Source: an uncultured candidate division Zixibacteria bacterium
Lineage (GTDB): Bacteria; Zixibacteria; MSB-5A5; GN15; FEB-12
Assembly: GCA_963707365.1 (NCBI GenBank)
Contig: CAVPPI010000004.1
Coordinates: forward strand, 981,469-1,045,468
Length of the DNA stretch: 64,000 bases
Reading direction: 5' to 3'
Below the pieces are notes generated by a model. That model saw only the letters and a list, made by a program, of their open reading frames with translations, searched no databases and was not told where the DNA came from. The position numbers and the translations under genes are program-made. The number at the start of each line of letters is the position of its first letter. Positions within the stretch are counted from its first letter, which is position 1. Shown one piece after another: positions 10,748-20,968 of this stretch.

Positions 10748-11286
10748 GGTTTTATCAGGCTAAAAAACTCCGCCCGCGTCGAAGGATCGTCATGGAATTC
10801 GCCGAGTACGCACGATGTCGTCATGATTGAGTTCTGCTTCTCCACCCCGCGCATCATCATACACAAATGCTGAGCTTCTATCACGACCGCCACCCCGACT
10901 GCATTGGTGTGCTTTTCGATTGTTTCCGCAATCTGCTTGGTCAACTTCTCCTGAATCTGAAGACGCCGCGCGAAAACATCAACAATGCGCGCTACTTTCG
11001 ACACGCCAATAACCTTGCCGCTCGGAATATAAGCCGCATGGCACTTCCCTATAAACGGCAACAGGTGGTGTTCACACATGGAATACAGTTCGATATTTTT
11101 GACCAGAACAATCTCGCTTGTATCGGACTCAAACAGCGCGTTGTTAACCAGCTGATCAATGTCCTCGCGATATCCCTGTGTCAGAAACTCCATGGCTTTT
11201 GCCGCCCGGCGCGGAGTGTCTTTAAGTCCTTCCCTATTAACATCTTCCCCTATCTTCTCAAGTATCTGCCGGTAGAGATTTTCCAT
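10735..11286 (-). CDS. folE: GTP cyclohydrolase I (type IA)
   Basis: The 183-aa ORF contains [23 protein letters not shown] and QERLT-like QEKLTKQIA, the canonical FolE motifs. It overlaps the PTPS start by 13 nt. Confidence 0.95.
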   Translation of the reverse strand: MENLYRQILEKIGEDVNREGLKDTPRRAAKAMEFLTQGYREDIDQLVNNALFESDTSEIVLVKNIELYSMCEHHLLPFIGKCHAAYIPSGKVIGVSKVARIVDVFARRLQIQEKLTKQIAETIEKHTNAVGVAVVIEAQHLCMMMRGVEKQNSIMTTSCVLGEFHDDPSTRAEFFSLIKPCLF

Positions 11287-11472
11287 CTATTCGCCTTTCT
11301 CTCTGATTTCTATAGCTGCGCGGTATGCGCCTGTCTTTCATTACCAATTCTGACTTACCTCAATAACAATCTCAATCCGCTGTGGTTTACAGAATAATCA
11401 GAATCGTCGCGGATAACAAGGGGATTCCCTCCGGGCAAAACTGTGCCTGTACGCTTGCAGACCCATATCGTC

Positions 11473-12705
11473 TCACTGCCAGAACGACTTCAGCACCGAG
11501 GAAACAGAATACAATTTGCGTGGATCCCCACTCTTAGTTATAAACTCGGTGCACGCATTGCGCAGGTAGACGCTCTTTTTCACCCTGCGGGCCATGAAAT
11601 CATTCAGCCACGGCTTCGATACCCACTTCTGAGCTTGCATATATCCCGCGTGGACTGGTTTCATGATCGACTCTACACCGGCAGTATAACTCTCCACAGC
11701 AGATCTGTCACCGGATGACAACGCTCTGTCGATAGCCTGAGCCGCCAAATCTCCGCACGTCATCGCCTGTCCAATCCCCTCACCCGTCAGCGGAAAAGTA
11801 GCGCCGATAATCTCGCCAACCATGAGAACACTCTTTTTAAACACCGGTCTGGCATTTTCAAGGTCACAGCGCAAAGCTCCGCTCCGCAACGGCGACAGAA
11901 CCTCGGAATCTTCCATTATCTCCCGGGCAAGCGGAAAAGTCGTAGTGAAAGACTCAAAACACCTGCGCAGGTTGAAATCTTGCTTACCATTGAGAAAATA
12001 GCCGCACCCTATATTGTATTCGCCGTTGCCGAGAGGAACTATCCAGCCATATCCGGGCAACAGCCGGCGATCATAGCACAACACCAGATGATTCAGGTTC
12101 GCACGAGATTTGACATAGCACCGCGCAGCTATCGCGCTGGGTTTGTCACTTGCCATCCCTTCTATCCGACGGGCAAGCCCCATGTGGGCGCCGGTCGCAA
12201 GGACCGCAAATTTACATCGCACCGAATGCTTCCCTTTCCTATCGCGGACTGTTACGGTGTGGTCATCGGCAACGTCAAGAGAATCCAAATGACCACAGCA
12301 GAACACGGCCCCGCTTCTCACCGCCGCCTCGGCCAACCTGGTATCAAGATACCGGCGCTTGATAGTGACAATATCGCCGTCAACACTGAAGTTCACTCCT
12401 CCCGGGCTATATATGGAGATTCCTTCAAGCACCGAACCGGCCTTGCGAATAGAGTCATAGAGACCCATTCGTTCAAGGTTCTTAGATACGCCGGTGATCA
12501 GGCTGTCACCACAGACTTTGTCCCGGGGGAAACGCGCCATGTCGACCAGCAGAACTTGATATCCCTTGCGACTGAGACGGAAAGCGGTGGTCGAGCCGGC
12601 CGGACCTGCCCCCACCACAACTACATCCCACAATTTGTCAGGAATACTGGTTAATGGCTCCTGCCACGCTACGGGTGCTGACTCTTGTTCGCGATTAGGT
12701 ACCAA
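11473..12705 (-). CDS. FAD-dependent oxidoreductase, geranylgeranyl reductase family
   Basis: It has the N-terminal dinucleotide fold VVVVGAGPAGSTTAFRLSRKGYQVLLVD followed by FPRDKVCGD. Its length (410 aa) is typical of GGR-like flavoproteins. Confidence 0.6.
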   Translation of the reverse strand: MVPNREQESAPVAWQEPLTSIPDKLWDVVVVGAGPAGSTTAFRLSRKGYQVLLVDMARFPRDKVCGDSLITGVSKNLERMGLYDSIRKAGSVLEGISIYSPGGVNFSVDGDIVTIKRRYLDTRLAEAAVRSGAVFCCGHLDSLDVADDHTVTVRDRKGKHSVRCKFAVLATGAHMGLARRIEGMASDKPSAIAARCYVKSRANLNHLVLCYDRRLLPGYGWIVPLGNGEYNIGCGYFLNGKQDFNLRRCFESFTTTFPLAREIMEDSEVLSPLRSGALRCDLENARPVFKKSVLMVGEIIGATFPLTGEGIGQAMTCGDLAAQAIDRALSSGDRSAVESYTAGVESIMKPVHAGYMQAQKWVSKPWLNDFMARRVKKSVYLRNACTEFITKSGDPRKLYSVSSVLKSFWQ

Positions 12706-12842
12706 CGTTCTCCCTCAATTGCGCCCTGTCTGGCTCTTGCTCGCCGTTATCGACTAAAAACGGTTGTCAGAGCCGACCTTGCTGTTTAGATTACGGGCGA
12801 TATCACATCGTCGCTAAACTCACCGTACTCTCAAGGCTCTAT

Positions 12843-13517
12843 ATGAGAAAAATAGACAAAAAAACTTTGCCGGGCAAGCTCATCATTTTGGCGATATTCG
12901 CCATAGCCATGGCCTACTTTGAGGCAGCGGTAGTCGTCTACTTGCGCAGAATTTTCTACCCCGGCGGCTTCTCTTTCCCTCTCGTGCCAATTGATACCGA
13001 CATGATTGCGGTCGAGATCTTTCGCGAATTTGCCACGATGATCATGCTGGCCACCGTCGCCATCCTCACAGCTAGAAGATTCTGGAAACGCTTTGCCGCC
13101 TTTATGTACGTTTTTGGTATATGGGACATATTCTACTATGTCTGGCTGAAAGCAATTCTCGACTGGCCTGCCTCGCTTCTGGACTGGGACATCCTGTTTC
13201 TGATACCGATCCCATGGATTGGTCCCGTGATTGCCCCCTGCCTGATATCGATCCTGATGATAACGGTAGGATACTATATTTTGCGCCTGTACGACCGGGG
13301 AATTGAGTTCAGGGTTGCTCCTCTCTCATGGCTCTGCGGTATCCTCGGCACGGCTGTCATACTCTTCTCTTTTATGTGGGACTTCGATGCTACCTTAAGG
13401 CAACAGATGCCACAGGATTACATGTATTCCCTGCTGGCAACCGGCCTGATCATCTATGTAATTGGATTCGTTATTTCTTGCCGGAGGTCTGTCGAAAGAA
13501 CACAATCGGGTTACTAA
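12843..13517 (+). CDS. hypothetical polytopic membrane protein
   Basis: The 224-aa ORF has about six hydrophobic segments and many Trp/Tyr at the segment ends. I recognise no family. Confidence 0.5.
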   Translation: MRKIDKKTLPGKLIILAIFAIAMAYFEAAVVVYLRRIFYPGGFSFPLVPIDTDMIAVEIFREFATMIMLATVAILTARRFWKRFAAFMYVFGIWDIFYYVWLKAILDWPASLLDWDILFLIPIPWIGPVIAPCLISILMITVGYYILRLYDRGIEFRVAPLSWLCGILGTAVILFSFMWDFDATLRQQMPQDYMYSLLATGLIIYVIGFVISCRRSVERTQSGY

Positions 13518-13529
13518 GCAGCTCGCCTC

Positions 13530-15008
13530 TCAACCTTTCACAACGCCGAGTGGCGTGAGCCGGGCTACCTTTTTCGCAATTCCGGCTCTGTCGGAAATTT
13601 CCACGACTTCATCAATATCTTTGTAAGCCCCCGGCGCCTCTTCGGATATGATCTTGCGACTCATAGCCTGAAGGTAAATTCCCTTGGCCTCCATCTCCGC
13701 TAGAACCCTGTCCGACGGATGCAACTTTCGGGCGGCGTGCCGTGACAGGCTACGTCCTGCTCCATGGCACGATGATCCGAAAGTCTCGTTCATAGCTTTC
13801 TCGGTACCCACCAGAAGGTAGCTGGCAGTTCCCATATCTCCCGGTATCAACACCGGCTGCCCGACCCCGCGATACCGCTCTGGAATATCTCTGTGACCCG
13901 GACCGAATGCTCTCGTCGCCCCCTTACGATGAACATACAGCCACCGCTTCTTGCCCTCCACGACGTGCTCTTCCAGCTTGGCAATATTGTGAGCTATATC
14001 GTAAATCTGATGCATCCCCATCTCGCGCGCCGGTCTTTTCAGCACCGAGGCAAACGACTCCCGCACCCAGTGGGTAATCATCTGACGGTTCGACCATGCG
14101 AAATTGGCGCCGCACTTCATGGCAGTGAAATACTGCTGTCCTTCCGGACTATCCGCGGGAGCGCACGACAACTCGCGATCTATCAGGGGGATACCGTATT
14201 TCTTGTTGGCCCGCCGCATTATCTCAAGGTAATCGGTGCATATCTGATGCCCGCATCCGCGCGAGCCGGTATGAATCATGACCGTAATCTGGGCGCGCTC
14301 GGTTATGCCAAAAGCAGCAGCGGTCTCTCTATCATAAATCTCGTCTACCTGCTGAATCTCCAGAAAATGATTCCCCGCTCCGAGCGTGCCGAGCTGACCT
14401 GAACCCCGCTTTCTGGCGGCATCACTGACAGCCTGAGCATCTCCTCCGTCGATACATCCCTGCTCTTCAGTCATCACCAAATCTTCCGGCCAGCCGTAAC
14501 CGTTCTCGACCGCCCAACGTGCGCCGTCTTCAAGTACGTACTTCATCTCCGCAGCGGACAAACGCACCCTGCCCTCGGAACCGACACCGCACGGAATATT
14601 GTGAAACATGGCGTTAATAAGTTTGTCAATCCTCGGTATCACGTCGGACACCGAGAGATCGGTCCTGAGCAATCTGACACCGCAATTTATGTCATACCCG
14701 ACTCCACCGGGCGAGATAATGCCTCTCGAGGCATCGAAGGCAGCCACGCCACCGATTGCGAAACCGTAACCGTGATGAATATCCGGCATGGCAATGGATT
14801 TGCCCACTATACCCGGAAGAGTGGCAACATTGGCTACCTGCTCGGGTGAATCATCGCGCACGATCGAGTCGATCATTCTGTCATCGGCATAGATTACCCC
14901 CGGCACACTCATCCGCACCCGGTTCTGCTGCATGATTTTGCTTTCGTATGAAGCCGGTATCTCGAACCGGAAATCATCAATCTTCTTCAGTGGACCTGCC
15001 CATGACAT
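13530..15008 (-). CDS. rtcB: RNA-splicing ligase RtcB
   Basis: The 492-aa ORF has GYDINCGVR, GSRGCGHQ, HNIA and CHGAGR motifs characteristic of RtcB 3'-phosphate RNA ligase. Confidence 0.9.
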   Translation of the reverse strand: MSWAGPLKKIDDFRFEIPASYESKIMQQNRVRMSVPGVIYADDRMIDSIVRDDSPEQVANVATLPGIVGKSIAMPDIHHGYGFAIGGVAAFDASRGIISPGGVGYDINCGVRLLRTDLSVSDVIPRIDKLINAMFHNIPCGVGSEGRVRLSAAEMKYVLEDGARWAVENGYGWPEDLVMTEEQGCIDGGDAQAVSDAARKRGSGQLGTLGAGNHFLEIQQVDEIYDRETAAAFGITERAQITVMIHTGSRGCGHQICTDYLEIMRRANKKYGIPLIDRELSCAPADSPEGQQYFTAMKCGANFAWSNRQMITHWVRESFASVLKRPAREMGMHQIYDIAHNIAKLEEHVVEGKKRWLYVHRKGATRAFGPGHRDIPERYRGVGQPVLIPGDMGTASYLLVGTEKAMNETFGSSCHGAGRSLSRHAARKLHPSDRVLAEMEAKGIYLQAMSRKIISEEAPGAYKDIDEVVEISDRAGIAKKVARLTPLGVVKG

Positions 15009-15043
15009 AGCTCTCCTGCCGCTCCTTCTAAATCATCTCGAAG

Positions 15044-15499
15044 TTAAACATCAAACAACACTTGAACGTGTGCCGGACCCTCGCCGGTTGACTCGGATAT
15101 CTCCATCATATGGTACGATACGCCCTTTACGTGATGACCATAGGAATGTCGATTTTTATCGAACTTCTCTCCCCATCCGCGCGCGCTAAGTCTGTCCTGC
15201 CCCTGAAGTGCAACCTCGAAATCGGTGAGAACCCATCCGTCGACCTCGTGCAGTACAATAAGCCTTGACAACAATCCTACCAGCAGACCTTCCCTGTCAA
15301 CCGACTCAACTTCGATTTCGACCTTCTCATCGGGATTGATAACGGACCCATCGGTCACAATATCGAACATGGCATCGGCCGCCACGGCATAGGCCTCCTC
15401 AACAGTACTGCCGTAGGCCTTGATGGCAATATCGGCCGTATGCTCGATAAACTCGTAATGACGTGAACCCCCGGCTCCGCTTTTCTCTTTTGATATCAT
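15044..15499 (-). CDS. archease (RtcB activator)
   Basis: The 151-aa ORF has the N-terminal YEFIEHTADIAIKAYG motif and a C-terminal KGVSYH motif. It lies immediately upstream of rtcB. Confidence 0.85.
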   Translation of the reverse strand: MISKEKSGAGGSRHYEFIEHTADIAIKAYGSTVEEAYAVAADAMFDIVTDGSVINPDEKVEIEVESVDREGLLVGLLSRLIVLHEVDGWVLTDFEVALQGQDRLSARGWGEKFDKNRHSYGHHVKGVSYHMMEISESTGEGPAHVQVLFDV

Positions 15500-16342
15500 T
15501 TAACTTTCAAGTCCCTTCAAATAAGCGTGAACGCACTGTGGCATTCCTGTTGAATACCCTCCCTCCAGAACTGAAAACGTTGGAACATCAAGCCACCTGA
15601 TTCTTTTGCCTATTTCCTCGAACGTTTCAATCTCAAGCCCGAGACTCGTAATCGGGTCTTCCTTAAAGGTATCAAATCCTGCCGAGACCGCAACCAAATC
15701 CGGAGAAAAGCCTGCAACTTCCGCGAGCGCCTCCGCGAAAATTGTCATGTACGCATCACCGTCCGTGAACGCCTCGACCGGGAAATTGCGGCAATTCAAT
15801 TGCGATCTATGCCCGGTTCCGGGATAGAGCGGACTCTGGTGAAGAGATACATACAGAACTCTTTCATCTCCGACAAAAATATCCTGAGTACCGTTGCCAT
15901 GATGGCAGTCGAAATCAATTATGGCAACCCGGTCGACTCTTTTCAATGCCTTCGCAGCCGCAATGGCGACATTATTGAAATAGCAGAAACCGCCAAGAAA
16001 GTCCTTACCGGCGTGGTGCCCCGGCGGACGCATCAGTGACATGGACGCAATTCCTTCCAGCGCCATCTCCGATGATAGAACCGCCGAACCGGCTGAAAGC
16101 TTCGCGTAAATAGCCAGATTCGGATAAGCCGGCGAATCGCCGTCGTAAAAGCTACCTGTCAATACTCTGTCTATCAGTCCCTGTGAATGAACAAGCAGAA
16201 TGTCTTCCTCATCCACCGGTGTCGGTCGCACCACCTCGTAGTATTGCTTAAGATGCTCAACGGTCGATCTGACCCGTTCAGGCGATTCCGGGTGTCCCGG
16301 CTGCGAGTACTCAAGACACTTCTCGGAGAAGATGATTTTCAT
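15500..16342 (-). CDS. histone deacetylase-family (arginase-fold) deacetylase / acetylpolyamine amidohydrolase-like
   Basis: It contains RPPGHHA, DFDCHHGNGTQDIF and a GGY motif near the C-terminus. It abuts the archease start codon. Confidence 0.8.
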   Translation of the reverse strand: MKIIFSEKCLEYSQPGHPESPERVRSTVEHLKQYYEVVRPTPVDEEDILLVHSQGLIDRVLTGSFYDGDSPAYPNLAIYAKLSAGSAVLSSEMALEGIASMSLMRPPGHHAGKDFLGGFCYFNNVAIAAAKALKRVDRVAIIDFDCHHGNGTQDIFVGDERVLYVSLHQSPLYPGTGHRSQLNCRNFPVEAFTDGDAYMTIFAEALAEVAGFSPDLVAVSAGFDTFKEDPITSLGLEIETFEEIGKRIRWLDVPTFSVLEGGYSTGMPQCVHAYLKGLES

Positions 16343-16367
16343 CGCGGCACTCTCACCTTATAACGCA

Positions 16368-16835
16368 TCACTCACACAACCCCGGTACAAGTATCCAGCG
16401 AATTACCCAGCTACCCTGCTCATCTCTACCGATACAGACTACCCCGGCGTTGTGAAACTCTACGAACGTTTTGCTGTCGCCCCCGCACAATAATCTGGAA
16501 GTCAGCTTATTCAGGTGCGGAAGATGTCCGACCAGCATGACGTTCTCAGACACAGTGGCAAGCTGCTCTGCCCATATGCCGGGATCGGCATGCGGTTCAA
16601 GCCCATTCGATGCCTTTATCCCACCTAAGGGGCTAAGATAGTCAGCGAGGACTCCAGCGGTCTGCAGCGCCCTCAGTTTGCCGCTATGTATTATGACATT
16701 GATGGATGGCCGGAGTCTGGTGGCGAGCAATTTTGCCGTTTTTTCGATCTGGACATATCCGGCTTCGGAGAGAGGCCGCCTCGGATCTTCAGTATCCTTT
16801 TTGGCCTCGGCGTGCTGCACAAGGTACAAGTTCAC
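16368..16835 (-). CDS. sixA: phosphohistidine phosphatase SixA-like (histidine phosphatase superfamily)
   Basis: The 155-aa ORF starts MNLYLVQHAEA (RHG-type motif variant) and has a VGHLPHL motif later. Confidence 0.7.
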   Translation of the reverse strand: MNLYLVQHAEAKKDTEDPRRPLSEAGYVQIEKTAKLLATRLRPSINVIIHSGKLRALQTAGVLADYLSPLGGIKASNGLEPHADPGIWAEQLATVSENVMLVGHLPHLNKLTSRLLCGGDSKTFVEFHNAGVVCIGRDEQGSWVIRWILVPGLCE

Positions 16836-17008
16836 TTTCCTAACTCCTTTTTAAGCTATTACTGTCCCTGTGTTGCTGTCTGTAAGATATACGGCCGAAC
16901 CGGCCTTGACAAGATATTCCGAACCCGCCACAACTTCATTTGCTTTGTCCAAAAACCTTGTTATCTTGGGCATTGATGGCCTCGAACTTACAGAAGACAT
17001 GAATACTT

Positions 17009-18194
17009 ATGGTGACCGACGCAGCAGCCAACCCGAAAAAACATAGAAAAATATACCGCGACACCAATCTTCAGATAATCTTCGGCATCACGCTGATGGC
17101 TGTTCTCGGAGTTGCCAGTATCACTCCGGCTTTTCCGACAATCGCCCGCGACCTGAACATATCAGCCCAGAAAGTGGGCCTTCTAATCACCGTATTTACC
17201 CTTCCCGGAGTTTTTCTTACACCCGTTCTGGGAGTGCTGGCCGACCGCTACGGACGCAAGAAAATCATCATCCCGGCGCTAATGCTTTTTGGCATCGCCG
17301 GAGGTGCGTGCTTCTTTGCCAGAGATTTCAACGTTCTGCTGGTGCTCAGGTTCTTTCAGGGTATGGGCGGAGGTTCCCTTGGATCGATCAACACCACCCT
17401 CATTGGTGATATTTATCACGGAAGAGAACGGGCCGAGGCTATGGGTTACAATGCCAGCGTGCTGAGCATGGGCACCGCCAGCTATCCGTTAATAGGCGGT
17501 GGCTTAGCTCTCTTCGCCTGGCACTACCCTTTTCTTCTTTCCCTGGTCGCCATCCCTATCGGCCTGTGGGTGATCCTGAAGCTCAAAAACCCGGAACCCA
17601 AAAAGCCGGGAAACATGCGTCAGTACCTGCGAGGCATTCTGGACTCCATCAACATTCAGGTGGTGGGGTTATTTTGCGCCAGCGTTTTGACTTTTGTCAT
17701 CCTCTACGGCGTCTATTTGAGCTATTTCCCCTTCCTGATTAAGGAGTCTTTCAACGGTTCACCGGTTACCATAGGCCTGCTTATGTCATCGATGTCGGTT
17801 ACGACAGCCATAGTCTCGGCCCAGATGGGACGGCTTTCAGCACGCTTCTCGCACAAGAAGCTGCTCATAACCGGAGCTATTCTTTATGGCGTCGCCATGT
17901 TAATTACGCCGTTCGTTTCCAGCCTCTGGCTTTCTGCTGATACCAACATGCATTTTCGGCTTGGGCCACGGCGTTATTATTCCAAGTATTCTGACCTTGA
18001 TGTCCGACTTTGCCCCGTTAGCACATCGGGCGGCGTTTATGTCGATGAACTCTATGGTTCTCCGCGGTGGTCAGACAATCGGGCCGCCATTGATCGGTCT
18101 CTTTTACGCGCTCGGTGGAGTCGATATGGCCTTCTTCGCCGGAACAGGCCTTGCTATCGTAATTATGGCCACGTTGTATTTCACTCTGGAATAG
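17009..18194 (+). CDS. MFS transporter, one apparent frameshift near 17900-17960
   Basis: The N-terminal 300 aa are MFS-like (GVLADRYGRKK loop). The frame then degenerates into Arg-rich nonsense. The +1 frame (ORF 17961-18194, ...FLLIPTCIFGLGHGVIIPS...) carries the expected last helices. Confidence 0.7.
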
Positions 18195-18290
18195 ACATCC
18201 GCTCCAATTTGGCCGCTTTGTTACAAACTTGCCATTGGTTTTGACATCTCTTATATTCTCGACAGGATTTGAACTCTCACGGTGGGGATT

Positions 18291-19274
18291 ATGAAACGCC
18301 GCGATTTCATCAAAAAGACCGGAAAAGCAGTAGCGCTGGCCGCAGCAACCGGCGGGGCGGGATTACTGCTTCACAACCGCGGGTCCGGGACACTCTTCTT
18401 CTCGCGGTCCACCGACCGCTACACCCCGGTATTTATTCAAGCAAACAGTTTTGAAGTCGCCCCTGACCCAACCTTGCCGAAAGTCACGCTGTGTCGCGAG
18501 GCCGATGCTGTCAAGGCTCTCAATTATGCTCTCGATGCTATCGGCGGAATAAAGCGGTTCATTAAGCCGGGCGAAAAAGTTACTGTCAAACCGAATATCG
18601 GCTGGGATCGCGCCCCCGAACAGGCCGCCAATACCAACCCGGTACTTGTGGGCGAAATGGTAAGGCTGTGCCTTGAGGCAGGAGCCAGCGAGGTCGTTGT
18701 TACCGATGTAACCTGCAACGACCCGCGACGATGTTTCCTGCGCTCCGGTATCAGAGGCGCTGCCGAAGGAGCCGGCGCCAGAGTAATGCTGCCGCAGGAA
18801 GAAGACTATTTCTCAACCAACATAAACGGTGAACTGCTCACTGTCTGGCCGGTCCTGAAATATTTCCTGAGAACCGACCGCATCATAAACATGCCAATAG
18901 TCAAGCATCATTCGTTGTCAGGATGTACCGTTGGGATGAAAAACCTCTATGGCATTCTCGGTGGGCGACGTAATCAGCTTCACCAAAAAATCGACCAGTC
19001 GATAGTTGACCTGGCGATGTTTTGTCGACCGACTCTCACGGTTGTCGATGCTACCCGCGTTTTGCTCCGCAACGGACCGACCGGAGGCTCCCTCGATGAT
19101 GTCGCTGTTGAGAACACGGTGATGTGCGCAACTGATCAGGTTGCAGCCGACTCCCGCGCTGCTGAATTTTTGGGACTGTCGGGCGATCAGGTGGGACATA
19201 TAGTACTGGCCCAACAGTCGGGACTGGGAATGGTTGACTATAGAGCAGCCGGATACAGGGAAGTGAACATATGA
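18291..19274 (+). CDS. DUF362 domain protein with twin-arginine signal
   Basis: MKRRDFIKKTGKAVALAAATGGAG is a Tat-type leader. DUF362-like motifs are VKPNIGW and MPIVKHHSLSGCTVGMKNLYG. The stop overlaps the next start (ATGA at 19271-19274). Confidence 0.6.
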   Translation: MKRRDFIKKTGKAVALAAATGGAGLLLHNRGSGTLFFSRSTDRYTPVFIQANSFEVAPDPTLPKVTLCREADAVKALNYALDAIGGIKRFIKPGEKVTVKPNIGWDRAPEQAANTNPVLVGEMVRLCLEAGASEVVVTDVTCNDPRRCFLRSGIRGAAEGAGARVMLPQEEDYFSTNINGELLTVWPVLKYFLRTDRIINMPIVKHHSLSGCTVGMKNLYGILGGRRNQLHQKIDQSIVDLAMFCRPTLTVVDATRVLLRNGPTGGSLDDVAVENTVMCATDQVAADSRAAEFLGLSGDQVGHIVLAQQSGLGMVDYRAAGYREVNI

Positions 19275-20962
19275 CAATAAAGACTGTCCGAAACCTTCGT
19301 CGCATCTCTCAGATAGTCTTTTTTGGCGTCTTCTTCTGGCTTATACTCAAAACGACTTTCGAAGTCAGCTTCAACCCGGCCGACCCCACTGAAATCCTGC
19401 TCCCCTATCCGGTCTCAATCGCGCTGGAATTTGATCCGCTTGTGGCTATTGCTACGGTTCTATCCAGCGGCACCCTGTACAAAGGTCTCTTATGGTCGTT
19501 GGTCATCCTGATTCCGACAATTTTCCTCGGACGTTTCTTCTGCGGATGGATCTGTCCGTTGGGTTCGCTCAACCATTGGGTTTCGGAAATTCCCTCGGAA
19601 AGACTCGGCCGCCGCGGTGCCGGAAAAATCAAATCAAATCGCTATAAGAAATACCAACGGATAAAATACTATATCTTGCTCATCTTCCTGGGGGCATCCT
19701 TACTCGGAACGCTGCAGATCGGCCTTCTGGACCCGCTTGCGCTCCTGGCGCGCTCCATCGGCACGGTTGTCCTTCCGATGACGCACACTGTTACATCCGG
19801 AATTGTCGACTGGGTTAAAGGACTCGGCTATCCACCGCTGGGGAGACTTGCACAGAGCATCTATGATTTCATCTCGCCGCTGCTTCTGACTTACCGCCAG
19901 AATTTCTTCCACACCATACTCACTATCGGCACCCTCTTTCTGCTGATTCTCGTCCTCAACAGAATTTTCACTCGCTTCTGGTGCCGGGGCATATGCCCGC
20001 TGGGCGCTTTGCTCGGTATATTCTCCCGCTTCTCTCTGCTGGGCCTGCAAAAAGATGAGCAAACTTGTACCCACTGTGGTATGTGTAACCTGTCATGCCA
20101 GGGAGCCGATGACCCGGAGATCGGCCACAAGTGGCGTCAGGCGGAATGCCATCTCTGTCTCAATTGTCAGGCGACGTGCCCCGAAGGTTCTCTTAAATTC
20201 AAGTTCTTCCCGAATCAACAAGTCACTCGCAACAACCCGGACGGAACGTCCGAAATAAACATCTCCCGCCGCAAAGCCACGATATCCGTTGCCGCGGGTC
20301 TGGCCCTGTTCCCCCTGTTCCGTAGCGGTGATGCTTTCAAGGTCAACGCCAATCCCATGCTGGTGAGACCGCCCGGATCACTGCCCGAAGAATCATTCGC
20401 CGCCCGGTGTATCCGCTGTGGCCAGTGCATGCGCGTCTGCCCAAACAATGCTCTTCACCCCACGCTGCTGGAAGCCGGCCTTGAGGGAATGTGGTCGCCC
20501 TATCTCATAGCCCGAATCGGTTATTGCGAACCTACCTGCACTCTATGCGGGCAAGTCTGCCCTACCGGCGCTATCATGGAACTGACCATGAAAGAAAAAG
20601 TCGGCGACAAAGACACCCCTCCCAACCGCATAGGCACAGCCTTCATTGACCGCGGACGGTGTCTCCCCTGGGCAATGGCTACGCCGTGTATCGTCTGTGA
20701 GGAATGGTGCCCCACATCGCCCAAGGCGGTTTATCTGAAAGATGAAATTGCTTACGACTCGAAGGGCAACGAGGTCGCCGTCAAACGTCCCTATGTCGAC
20801 CCGCATCTCTGTACCGGATGTGGAGCCTGTGAATTCGCCTGCCCCATAAGTGATCGTGCCGCCATATATATCACCTCGGCCGGTGAAACCCGCTCGGTTG
20901 AAAATCAGTTTTTGCTTGAAAGAAATCGTAAGAAGGCTACGGCCGACCAGGCGCAGACATAG
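19271..20962 (+). CDS. membrane-anchored polyferredoxin (NapH/MauN-like N-terminus plus multiple 4Fe-4S motifs)
   Basis: CGWICPLGSL and CRGICPLGAL motifs sit in a TM-rich N-half. Six Cx2Cx2Cx3CP-type clusters follow: CTHCGMCNLSC, CHLCLNCQATCP, CIRCGQCMRVCP, CTLCGQVCP, CIVCEEWCP and CTGCGACEFACP. Confidence 0.7.
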   Translation: MTIKTVRNLRRISQIVFFGVFFWLILKTTFEVSFNPADPTEILLPYPVSIALEFDPLVAIATVLSSGTLYKGLLWSLVILIPTIFLGRFFCGWICPLGSLNHWVSEIPSERLGRRGAGKIKSNRYKKYQRIKYYILLIFLGASLLGTLQIGLLDPLALLARSIGTVVLPMTHTVTSGIVDWVKGLGYPPLGRLAQSIYDFISPLLLTYRQNFFHTILTIGTLFLLILVLNRIFTRFWCRGICPLGALLGIFSRFSLLGLQKDEQTCTHCGMCNLSCQGADDPEIGHKWRQAECHLCLNCQATCPEGSLKFKFFPNQQVTRNNPDGTSEINISRRKATISVAAGLALFPLFRSGDAFKVNANPMLVRPPGSLPEESFAARCIRCGQCMRVCPNNALHPTLLEAGLEGMWSPYLIARIGYCEPTCTLCGQVCPTGAIMELTMKEKVGDKDTPPNRIGTAFIDRGRCLPWAMATPCIVCEEWCPTSPKAVYLKDEIAYDSKGNEVAVKRPYVDPHLCTGCGACEFACPISDRAAIYITSAGETRSVENQFLLERNRKKATADQAQT

Positions 20963-20968
20963 CACCCC

